From positions 1,736,737-1,800,736 of the forward strand of contig OZ251471.1 in NCBI GenBank assembly GCA_965242635.1: a stretch of DNA of 64,000 nucleotides. Reading direction: 5' to 3'. The notes under the pieces are model-generated. The model did no database searches. It worked only from the letters and a program-made list of their open reading frames with translations, and was not told where the DNA came from. Origin of the DNA: Bdellovibrionales bacterium. Lineage in GTDB: Bacteria; Bdellovibrionota; Bdellovibrionia; Bdellovibrionales; UBA1609. Position numbers and translations under genes: made by a program. Below, in pieces: positions 10,049 through 18,127 of this stretch. Every line of letters starts with the position of its first letter. The first letter of the stretch is position 1.

Positions 10049-10789
10049 ATGCAAAAAGGGAAATGGGTGGGATGGGTGTTGTTGGCTGGGTTGTTTGCGG
10101 GCCTTATGCACTATGGCCTGAACCACTGGCTTGTTCTCAAGGATATTCAGCTGGAGCTGATGAAAAAAGATTCGGCATGGGAGGGCTCCGCAGAGGAGGT
10201 GCAGGGGCTGTTGAAACTCAAGCTCGAAAAGTTTATCGGAAAAAAAATGTGGCAGGTGTCTCTGAAGGATCTTAAGGAGGTGGCCCAATCTGAACCACGG
10301 GTGGGGGAAGTTCAGGTTTTAAGGCGACTCCCTGACCGCTTTTTCATTCAGATACAGGCACGAAAACCCCTCTTGGTGTGGCTGAACACCAAAGAAAACA
10401 GCATCCACCCTCTTTCACAGGACGGGCAGATTTTGCCGGCCCTTCCCCTCCATCGCATTCCCGATCTGCCCATTTTAAAAGGCTCTCTGTTTGCAGAAGA
10501 CAAAAATATCAGGAAACAGGCCATTCATTTTATTCAGCTTTTGCCGGAACAGGGGGAGTTCAGCCGGCGGGCCATATCAGAGATCAAGTATTCTGCTGAG
10601 GAAAAAAGCCTGATTTTTATTTTGTCTGCCAACGGCAAGCCGGTTAAAATGGGTTTCAAGGCTTTGCCTGTTCAAATTAAAAGGGTGGCCAGTGTTTTAA
10701 GGTATTTGGATCAAAAAAATATCCCCTACCATGTTATAGACGCCCGATTCTCCCAGAAAATTGTGGTGAGCACCGACCAATCCATATAA
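10049..10789 (+). CDS. ftsQ: FtsQ/DivIB-like cell-division protein (N-terminal TM plus POTRA)
   Basis: Single TM helix WVGWVLLAGLFAGLMHYGL followed by a POTRA-like stretch, EPRVGEVQVLRRLPDRFFIQIQARKPLLVW...LSQDGQILP. Confidence 0.55.
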   Translation: MQKGKWVGWVLLAGLFAGLMHYGLNHWLVLKDIQLELMKKDSAWEGSAEEVQGLLKLKLEKFIGKKMWQVSLKDLKEVAQSEPRVGEVQVLRRLPDRFFIQIQARKPLLVWLNTKENSIHPLSQDGQILPALPLHRIPDLPILKGSLFAEDKNIRKQAIHFIQLLPEQGEFSRRAISEIKYSAEEKSLIFILSANGKPVKMGFKALPVQIKRVASVLRYLDQKNIPYHVIDARFSQKIVVSTDQSI

Positions 10790-10794
10790 TGATC

Positions 10795-10880
10795 CTGTTT
10801 GAAAATTCACGGCTCAAATTTCCCCTGCAGGGCGAAAAAACCTCACCAGCGGCACCTTTTTCAAAACCAGTTTGGTTTAC
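10795..10880 (+). repeat. MITE-like element, short form (ttgtttgaaaat ... ggcacctttttcaaaaccagtttggttta)
   Basis: Near-identical ends to copies at 23509-23595, 57769-57891 and 58031-58153. Reverse-oriented copies lie at 37272-37368 and 16749-16850. Confidence 0.8.
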
Positions 10881-10915
10881 TTGCTTTTTCCTTTAAACAG
10901 GTATACACTTTCAGT

Positions 10916-11419
10916 ATGAAGGAAAATACCAGCTCTTTTGTTTTTACCACTCAGGCCAAAAAGATAGCGGCTTGGGGGCAGAGAAATTCCCTTTGGCCCA
11001 TGCCTTATGGCACGGCCTGCTGTGGCATTGAGATGATGTCGGTCATGGGGCCCCGCTACGATCTGGCCCGTTTTGGTGCAGAGGTGGTGCGTTTCTCCCC
11101 TCGCCAGTCGGACCTGTTGATAGTGGCTGGCACCATCACAGAGAAAATGGCCCCTGTGATTTTAAGGGTGTATGAGCAGATGCTGGAGCCTAAATTTGTG
11201 CTCTCGATGGGGGCTTGTGCCAGCTCTGGCGGTTTTTACCGTGCCTACCATGTTTTGCAGGGGGTGGATAAAATTATCCCTGTGGATGTCTACATTCCCG
11301 GTTGCCCTCCCACACCGGAAGCGGTTATGGACGGCGTGATGATGATTCAAAAAATGATAACAGACGGCTCACCCCGCCCCTGGAAAGAAAACTGGAAACC
11401 CGGCCTCTGGCGTTCGTAG
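10916..11419 (+). CDS. nuoB: NADH-quinone oxidoreductase subunit B
   Basis: [17 protein letters not shown]...GACASSGG...YIPGCPP (N2 cluster cysteines). The ATG at 10916 was chosen because the track start at 10799 reads through the repeat element. Confidence 0.93.
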   Translation: MKENTSSFVFTTQAKKIAAWGQRNSLWPMPYGTACCGIEMMSVMGPRYDLARFGAEVVRFSPRQSDLLIVAGTITEKMAPVILRVYEQMLEPKFVLSMGACASSGGFYRAYHVLQGVDKIIPVDVYIPGCPPTPEAVMDGVMMIQKMITDGSPRPWKENWKPGLWRS

Positions 11420-11425
11420 AACCAG

Positions 11426-11575
11426 CAACTGGCAATGTGGGTGGCGGATTTAACAGGGCCTTATAAGCACAGTGCCTGCAAGGTGAAGTAAAAAACGGTT
11501 TAGCAACAACTGGCAATGTGGGTGGCGGATTTAACAGGGCCTTATAAGCACAGTGCCTGCAAGGTGAAGTAAAAA
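11426..11575 (+). repeat. Perfect 69-nt direct duplication (11426-11494 and 11507-11575) between nuoB and nuoCD
   Basis: caactggcaatgtgggtggcggatttaacagggccttataagcacagtgcctgcaaggtgaagtaaaaa occurs twice, 81 nt apart. The second copy ends 1 nt before the nuoCD ATG. Confidence 0.9.
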
Positions 11576-11576
11576 C

Positions 11577-13346
11577 ATGATTACACCTTCTTTTAAATCA
11601 CTTAAGGAGAATCTTAAGGAAAAGTTTCCTTCCTTTACTTTTTCCTTTCGTGAGGATTTTGGCGATCGAATTCTCCTTTGCACCCCTTCAGAGGTGCCTG
11701 CCTTGCTCACTCATTTAAAAGAGATCGGCCGATTTGATTTTCTGATGAACATATCCGGTGTGGACTGGCCCAAAAAAGAAAAAAGATTTGAAGTGGTGTA
11801 TGAGCTTTTTTCCTCCAAAACAGCCGAAAGGCTGAGAATCAAGACTGCTCTCAACGACACAGAGCAGGTCCCCACCGTGCAATTTATATGGAAGACTGCC
11901 GATTGGTTTGAACGGGAAATTTACGATATGTTTGGCCTGCGTTTTAAAGAGCACCCCAATATGCGTCGAATCCTCACCCACCATCAGTTTAAGGGTCATC
12001 CTTTGAGGAAAGATTACCCAGCCGATCACCAGCAACACTTGAGTGAAAGCCTGCCCCTGCACTTTGATCGTCCTGCCACCAAGGCTTATTCCGCAAAGGA
12101 CAAGCCTCATTCAAACGACAACAACAACAGCCCCTCCCCTCACAGTGAAATAAATTCCAGGGACACAGAGGAAGAGGAGGAAAAAGACCTTATCCCTTTG
12201 AACATTGGTCCATCGCACCCGGCCACGCATGGCACTTTAAGGATTATGGCTGAGATGCATGGGGAGAGGGTGCATCGTGCGGGGGTGGAGATAGGTTATC
12301 TGCACCGTTGTTTTGAAAAAATGGCAGAAACCCACCCTTACAATCAGGTTATTCCTTATACAGACCGGCTCAACTACTGTTCTGCCCCCATGAACAATGT
12401 GGGTTATTGCCGGACAGTGGAAAAACTTTTTGGGGTGGAGGTGCCGCCCAAAGCTCAGGCTCTGCGGGTTATCCTTTGTGAGCTTTCCCGCATTATTGAT
12501 CATATTGTCTGCATTGGTGCGAATGCTGTGGACTTGGGTGCTCTCACCGGCTTTTTTCATCTTTTCACTTATCGCGAAAAGGTCTACACCTTGTTTGAAA
12601 AACTTTGTGGGGCCAGGCTCACAGTTTCGCTTACAAGGGTGGGGGGGATGGCACAAGAGCCTCCTGCCGGGTGGTTTAAGGATGTGTTGGTGTTTTGCGA
12701 GGAGATGAAAAAGGGTGTGGACGAACTGGAAATCCTGCTTTCCAAAAACCGGATATGGGTGGATCGCACACAAGGGGTGGGCCCTCTTACTGTGGAGGAG
12801 GCTGTTCAGTGGGGATACACGGGGCCATGCCTCAGAGCCACGGGCATGAATTTGGATCTCAGAAAAGTGGACCCTTATTATAATTACGATGAACTGGACT
12901 TTGATGTTCCCACCGGGACCACCGGGGATGTATATGATCGTTACCTCGTGCGGGTGGCGGAGATGCGTGAATCCATCAAAATCATTGAGCAGGTGGCCCC
13001 TCATATTCCGCCGGGCGATTACAGCTTGAGAGACAAGAACATGGTCCTGCCGGAAAAAAAAGATGTGTATGGAAACATAGAGGGCCTGATGCAACATTTT
13101 ATGTTGGTGATGAATGGGCTGAGGCCTCCAAAGGGGGAAACTTACTCGGCTACTGAAGCCGCCAATGGGGAGTTGGGTTTTTACCTTGTCAGTGATGGGA
13201 GCGGACAGCCTTACAGGCTTAAGGTGCGTCCTCCCTGCTTTGCCATTTACCAGTCTTTTCCCCAGCAGATAAAGGGGGTTTTGGTGGCCGATGTGATCTC
13301 TTTACTGGGCAGTATGAATGTGATTGCCGGCGAGCTGGACCGCTAA
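11577..13346 (+). CDS. nuoCD: Fused NADH-quinone oxidoreductase subunits C and D
   Basis: NuoC-like N-terminal part (WFEREIYDMFG), an acidic low-complexity linker, then NuoD (GPSHPATHG...RIMAE; C-terminal VIAGELDR). Confidence 0.93.
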   Translation: MITPSFKSLKENLKEKFPSFTFSFREDFGDRILLCTPSEVPALLTHLKEIGRFDFLMNISGVDWPKKEKRFEVVYELFSSKTAERLRIKTALNDTEQVPTVQFIWKTADWFEREIYDMFGLRFKEHPNMRRILTHHQFKGHPLRKDYPADHQQHLSESLPLHFDRPATKAYSAKDKPHSNDNNNSPSPHSEINSRDTEEEEEKDLIPLNIGPSHPATHGTLRIMAEMHGERVHRAGVEIGYLHRCFEKMAETHPYNQVIPYTDRLNYCSAPMNNVGYCRTVEKLFGVEVPPKAQALRVILCELSRIIDHIVCIGANAVDLGALTGFFHLFTYREKVYTLFEKLCGARLTVSLTRVGGMAQEPPAGWFKDVLVFCEEMKKGVDELEILLSKNRIWVDRTQGVGPLTVEEAVQWGYTGPCLRATGMNLDLRKVDPYYNYDELDFDVPTGTTGDVYDRYLVRVAEMRESIKIIEQVAPHIPPGDYSLRDKNMVLPEKKDVYGNIEGLMQHFMLVMNGLRPPKGETYSATEAANGELGFYLVSDGSGQPYRLKVRPPCFAIYQSFPQQIKGVLVADVISLLGSMNVIAGELDR

Positions 13347-14243
13347 AAAAATCTTTGGACACAAGTGCTTAAGAAGTTCTTTTTTTTGGCTCTGCCCTTA
13401 CGTGGTCCAAGTTATGACCTCATTAATATCTCCGGAGGAGTTAACACCCACTATCAGTGACTGTGACTGTTGATGGAAGGTTATTACAGGCCGTAATCTG
13501 GGAACAATCAGCGGCACATTCTGGAAGTGTGAGGCTGGTAAGACTGCTCAATCCATCAAAAACATTGTGATGAAACAGGCCTTTGTTTGAAAGTGGTTAG
13601 ATGTTTTCTGCCATAAAGGAAGAACTCAGAGGCAATAACCAGGATCGCCAGTAACTGTTAAGTTATCACCAGAGCGAGTCAGGGTGCAAGAGGTCCCTCC
13701 ACCGGTGCAACTGTAAGCAGAGCCACCGAGATAGGTGGTTATATCACTATCAATAAACAGGCCACTTTGGGGGCAATAAAGAAAAACGCTATTACTATTT
13801 ACTTCTGATAACTGAATCGTAGTCAGTGTTTGACCGGTATTGGGGAGGGATTTTAACAGAGCTTTAAGATTGGCTGGGGAAATACAGGTTTCATCCAAAT
13901 CCAGGTTTGTTAAAGCCGTTAAATCAGACAAAAGCTGATTGGCTGAAGCAATAGTGCTTAGGGAATGTGTTACCAAATCAAGCCTTGTGATCCCGGAAAG
14001 CCCTTTAAAATCATTGGCTGTTACAGGACTACTGGATTTACCAAGATTACCTGCACAAGGATTAGTTTCCTGTGGAATTTCGAGTGTGTCGGTGAGGTTA
14101 GACAAGTCCCCATTGGTTACAGTGGAGCAGGTTCGAGCAGTGGCACGACCACTGTTGACTTTCGCCAAAATAGCCGTTTGCACAAGAGTATTTCTATCGC
14201 AAAAACCTGTTACTTGATCAGAGGGGGATAAAGTGCCACCATC

Positions 14244-14297
14244 GCCATTGCCATTGCCATTGCCATTGCCATTGCCATTGCCATCACCATTGCCATT
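14244..14297. repeat. Hexanucleotide microsatellite (gccatt)n encoding a (GN)n linker
   Basis: About 9 near-perfect gccatt units. Translated on the minus strand as NGNGDGNGNGNGNGNGNGDG. Confidence 0.85.
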
Positions 14298-14713
14298 ACT
14301 GCTACCGCCATCGCTGTTGCCACTACTGGACGAGGATGAAGACCACCTCACATCATACTCCTCCTCGCAAAAATCCTCAAAACCCGAAAGAGTCCACTCC
14401 TCTCCGGCAGACTTAAGTTTTCTTCGGTAATCCTCTTCAAACAAATCCCCTTCAGACAACAATCTGGACAAATACGACCGGTAGTTCAACACAAACGCCT
14501 TGCAATAGGCCCCCAAATTCCTCCTGCCGGGGCACTGCAAAATGTCCCCTCTCTCTTCACACACTTCCTCCACATACTCATCCACCCATGCATAAGCTGG
14601 CTCATTTTCCTCCCTTGCCACTATGTGAAAAAAGCTCCTGTCATCTTCCAGCTCCTCTGTCAGAATATCCTTTAGCTTGTTCCCCAAACCCGCACGGGAA
14701 AAAGCTTGTTTTA

Positions 14714-15879
14714 TTGATAAGTTCATAAATATTCCGATATTACATAGCATACTTTAAAGAAGGCTTTAAAAAGAAACTCCTAATAGTATCAGGCCTTCTT
14801 TGTAAAGACTTTAAATAATAAGTAACCTTTTCCTTCAACTCCTCTTTCGTCTTTATAAATAACTTCCCAATACAATGATACTTTAAATGATTCCAAACCA
14901 ACTCATCCGGATTCAAATCAGGTGCATACGGCGGAAGATAAAATAACTTCAACAAACCACCTGTCGAATCCACAAACTCACGCACCTTCTTTGACCTATG
15001 CACCGGATGACCATCCACAATCAAATAAACCGGCCCACTCCCATCTGAAATCAATCGCTTTAAAAATGAAATAAACACCCTCCCTGTAACACCACCTCTC
15101 ACAGTCATAAACCTCATACCACCTTTAGCAGAAATAGCTGAAATCATATTCAAACTAAAACGTTTGCCTGTGCCCCTCACCTCCGGAGTCTTCCCTTTAG
15201 GTGCCCAAGTCGTCCCACTATGATAATCTGATCGCACACCAGACTCATCACCAAAATAAATCTGTGCACCCTCCTTATTAGCCAACCTCTGTATATTAGG
15301 ATACTCCTCCTTCAACCAACCCTTAACAAGAGATGGATTCCTCTCATAAGCCCTGTGTAATGGCTTCTGACAAGTCAAACCCAAACGGCCCATTAAACGA
15401 CCCACAGATGTAATACTGAGCTTTATCCCATACTTCAACCGGATGGCTTCCTGTATCCGCCTCCGATTCCACAAAGCAAATGGAAAACTTAATTGCTGAG
15501 GGTTCTTATTCACCATCTTATAAATCCACTTCAAATGTCGCCCCTGAACAATCGGAGGACGACCAGAAGCTTTTCTCCTCTTTAAATTATCCCAACCCCC
15601 CTCACCATATCTAACAGCCCAATTATACACCGTGTCCGGATTAACACCTAAGAAATCAGCTACCTTCCTCGGATTTTCGCCAGAGAAAAGAGCCTGCATC
15701 CCACGAATCCGTAGAGCCTCCTGTGACTTCCGATCTAATTTCCGTGCATCATTTTTTCTCATAAACTCACCTTATCATACACACAAAAATAAAACAACAC
15801 TTTTTTTCACATAAAACAAAAAAAATCATTTTTCACAACTTTAGACCTAATATTATCGGAATACTTATGGCCTTTTTAA
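14714..15879 (-). mobile_element. Complete IS630-family insertion sequence (~1166 bp) with TA target-site duplication
   Basis: Imperfect ~27-bp terminal inverted repeats (ttgataagttcataaatattccgatat versus ttaaaaaggccataagtattccgataa; 21 of 27 match). TA flanks both ends (14712-13 and 15880-81). One DDE transposase ORF. Confidence 0.9.
14740..15762 (-). CDS. IS630-family DDE transposase
   Basis: N-terminal HTH (VADFLGVNPDTVYNW), DDE region ...IYFGDESGV..., LIVDGHPVHRS, YLPPYAPDLNPDELVWNHLK. Confidence 0.92.
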   Translation of the reverse strand: MRKNDARKLDRKSQEALRIRGMQALFSGENPRKVADFLGVNPDTVYNWAVRYGEGGWDNLKRRKASGRPPIVQGRHLKWIYKMVNKNPQQLSFPFALWNRRRIQEAIRLKYGIKLSITSVGRLMGRLGLTCQKPLHRAYERNPSLVKGWLKEEYPNIQRLANKEGAQIYFGDESGVRSDYHSGTTWAPKGKTPEVRGTGKRFSLNMISAISAKGGMRFMTVRGGVTGRVFISFLKRLISDGSGPVYLIVDGHPVHRSKKVREFVDSTGGLLKLFYLPPYAPDLNPDELVWNHLKYHCIGKLFIKTKEELKEKVTYYLKSLQRRPDTIRSFFLKPSLKYAM

Positions 15880-16379
15880 TAAGATGTTAAACTCATCGTC
15901 TTCTTCCTCCAAAATCCGGGCCAACTGTTTGTTCTCTGTTACTTCAATCAAAAACTTTTTGGCCTCATCACGGGAGAGTTTCCTTATGGTGCGGGCAAAT
16001 TCTGTATCGTCTATATCCAACAGGCACTCCAAAATATCCAGGTCCAGATCATCTGCACTGTCTTCTTCAAGCATTTCCTCAAACAGTTTTTCAAAACCAA
16101 AAACGGTTTTTTGTGGCAGTTCAAGACAGGCTTTTTCATGGCTGTGGGTGGAAAAGAGATCATCACATATTTCCTGGCATTTTTTGTCTTTTTGGCAGGG
16201 GTTACCGGTATTGGCCTGACACTTCTCCTCCTGTTTGTCCGGGTCACTGGTTTTGGGGCTTGTTCTTTCTATGGGAGGTGGAGGCGGTTCCCCCGAACAG
16301 TTGACAAGCACATAAGTCGCCAACAAAAATAAAACCACATACAAAAATGACAATCTGAATTGATAAGCTGGCTGACTGC

Positions 16380-16538
16380 CTGTCCAAAAAGCCGTGCCAT
16401 GAGGGTCCAAGCACGCAAAGCGTGTTGCTATTGACCTGCTTTTTTCTTCGATCTTATCTACAATCAAAGAACACAGGCGGGGCGAAAAATCCCTCCCGCG
16501 AGGCGGGCGTCCCGAAATGGTGCGGACTTTTTGGACAG
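16380..16538. repeat. Palindrome-flanked ~160-nt element (arms ctgtccaaaaag / ctttttggacag)
   Basis: Perfect 12-bp inverted arms enclose a core with a cccgcgaggcggg hairpin. It occupies the same position, just 5' of the lipoprotein start, as the unrelated element at 19552-19772. Confidence 0.65.
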
Positions 16539-16748
16539 GTAGTGATTCTGTCAGAAAATTACTGAACAGGTACAGAGCAGGGCCTGTAGCTCTGCAAAGC
16601 CAGCACCTATGACGCGGTGCGGAGGGAGGGGGGGTGAGATTCTTTTCGTAGCTGTTTTTTTTCATCGTTTTGTGGGTAAGTTAACCGATTCGTCATGGCA
16701 AAGACTCAGGGTATTTTTTGATCTTTCAGAACAAAAAGTCAAGCCTAA

Positions 16749-16850
16749 TTCAAACTGGCACAGGGCAGGCAGAGTCTGGCCTCACGGGTTCTGCCTGCCC
16801 CACGGGGCCTGCCTTTTGGCACAAGAGGCTCAAAGATTTTTTCAAGCTCC
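16749..16850 (-). repeat. Reverse-oriented, diverged copy of the MITE-like element with the GC-rich hairpin
   Basis: ttcaaactggcacagggcaggcagag...ttctgcctgccccacggggcctgcctttt resembles the reverse complement of the 3' half of 57769-57891. Confidence 0.6.
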
Positions 16851-16874
16851 ACTTGAGAATCAAAGGGGGCTGGC

Positions 16875-18020
16875 TCAAATTTTCAGGTGGTCACGGCAAA
16901 AGACAGAAAAAGGCAAAACCCGCACACCTTGTTTTTCTGAGCCATAATCTTTGTGGCCCGTATGCACCTGAAACCACAAGGGGATCCGGGTTCTCTCTCT
17001 GAAGTATCGGATATGCGGTGAAACATGCGACTCCCCTGTTTTACATTCCAGGCCAAACAAAGCCTTTTTGTTTTTCATCACCACAAAATCCACTTCCCGC
17101 CCATCTGTGTCTCTTAAAAACCTCAGCTCTGTATGATCACCCATGACATCTTCATGGTAATGGCAATATTTCAACAGATGGCAGGCCACCATGTTTTCAA
17201 AACGGCCCCTTGTATTGGCGATGGAAGACCAGTCAGAAAAATAAAGTTTTTTCTCTTTTTTGACTGCTCGAATCTTTGGTGCTCCATAGGGTGCGATTCG
17301 AAAAATCAAATACAGATTTTCCAAAATGGTCAGCCATTTTTCCACAGACTGATGGCTCACCTGCAGGTCCTCTCTGAGAGATCGAACCGATAAAGGGGAG
17401 CCCACCCGATCTGTCAGACTTTCCACAAGCAAATCAATCAGGGATATTTCCTTTACTTTCTCCAAATCCCTCAGGTCTTCATAAATCACCCTGTGTCTTC
17501 TTTCTCTTGTCCATCGTTTTAAATACCGCTCTGATTGTTTTAAAAAAGGCTCAGGAAAACCACCAAACTCAAACAGAGTCTGAAGGTCCCCCTTTGTGGG
17601 CTTTTTGTTTATCTCAAACAGGGAAAAAGGATGAAGACGATAATAATGGTATCGGCCCAAAAGAGAATCCCCCCCTTTGGAAAAATAATCCAAGCGGGCA
17701 GAACCTGTGACCAAAAAAGAATGGGTTTTGTTATGCTCATCGAACAAAGCTTTCATCCTGTTTCTCCAGTGAACAAATTTATGCACTTCATCCAGGGCTA
17801 TCCTTTTATATTTCAGAGGAAATTGGTGCCGGATGATTTTCTCCTTGTGGGCTGGGATGTCCCAGTTGAGATAGGCGGGATGAGTTGGTTTTGAAGGACG
17901 GAGAAAGCTTAAAGCCAAAGTGGTTTTCCCCACTTGCCTGGCCCCGCCCACAAAAACCATTTTGGACTTTAAGTCCTCAGCAATATCAGAATACAGGTAT
18001 CTTTTTTTATTCATCATCAA
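16875..18020 (-). CDS. COG1373-type ATPase (AAA_14 N-terminal domain plus DUF4143 PD-(D/E)XK-like C-terminal domain)
   Basis: Walker A GGARQVGKTT, Walker B IALDEVH, and a C-terminal nuclease-like motif REVDFVV...GLECK. Confidence 0.8.
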   Translation of the reverse strand: MMMNKKRYLYSDIAEDLKSKMVFVGGARQVGKTTLALSFLRPSKPTHPAYLNWDIPAHKEKIIRHQFPLKYKRIALDEVHKFVHWRNRMKALFDEHNKTHSFLVTGSARLDYFSKGGDSLLGRYHYYRLHPFSLFEINKKPTKGDLQTLFEFGGFPEPFLKQSERYLKRWTRERRHRVIYEDLRDLEKVKEISLIDLLVESLTDRVGSPLSVRSLREDLQVSHQSVEKWLTILENLYLIFRIAPYGAPKIRAVKKEKKLYFSDWSSIANTRGRFENMVACHLLKYCHYHEDVMGDHTELRFLRDTDGREVDFVVMKNKKALFGLECKTGESHVSPHIRYFRERTRIPLWFQVHTGHKDYGSEKQGVRVLPFSVFCRDHLKI

Positions 18021-18127
18021 TCTCTCCTGAGCATTGTCAGGTCAGGTTAACAATACTCATGAGCATTGTCAAGTCCTGTTAACAATACTCATGCCATAAT
18101 TTTGAGGGAAATCCCAAAAGATAAAAG

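Larger units (their letters stand above)
13626..16353 (-). pseudogene. Lipoprotein paralogue of 18128-19537, split by the IS630 insertion (N-part 15880-16353, C-part 13626-14711)
   Basis: The N-part ends ...EEEDDEFNIL and the C-part resumes KQAFSRAGLGNKLKD. The intact paralogue reads ...EEEDDEFNILKQIFSRAGLGNKLKD. Conserved TTG start and lipobox LVNC. Confidence 0.85.

Noticed and set aside
10799-10915. Upstream extension of nuoB (track start 10799). Similar extensions occur for 41419 (methyltransferase), 45541 (metalloprotease), 48924 (ankyrin protein), 57939 (556-aa protein) and 22376 (ychF)
   Set aside because: The extensions cover repeat elements or overlap neighbouring genes. Internal ATGs give N-termini that match the families or expose signal peptides.
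13347-13625. Possible gene or silent cassette in the 280-bp gap after nuoCD
   Set aside because: It contains only short interrupted reading frames (under 40 codons) with no start or SD. Mentioned under the lipoprotein finding as something to check, but not callable.
14233-14430. 65-aa plus-strand ORF rich in PL repeats
   Set aside because: It is the antisense reading of the (gccatt)n microsatellite inside the lipoprotein gene.
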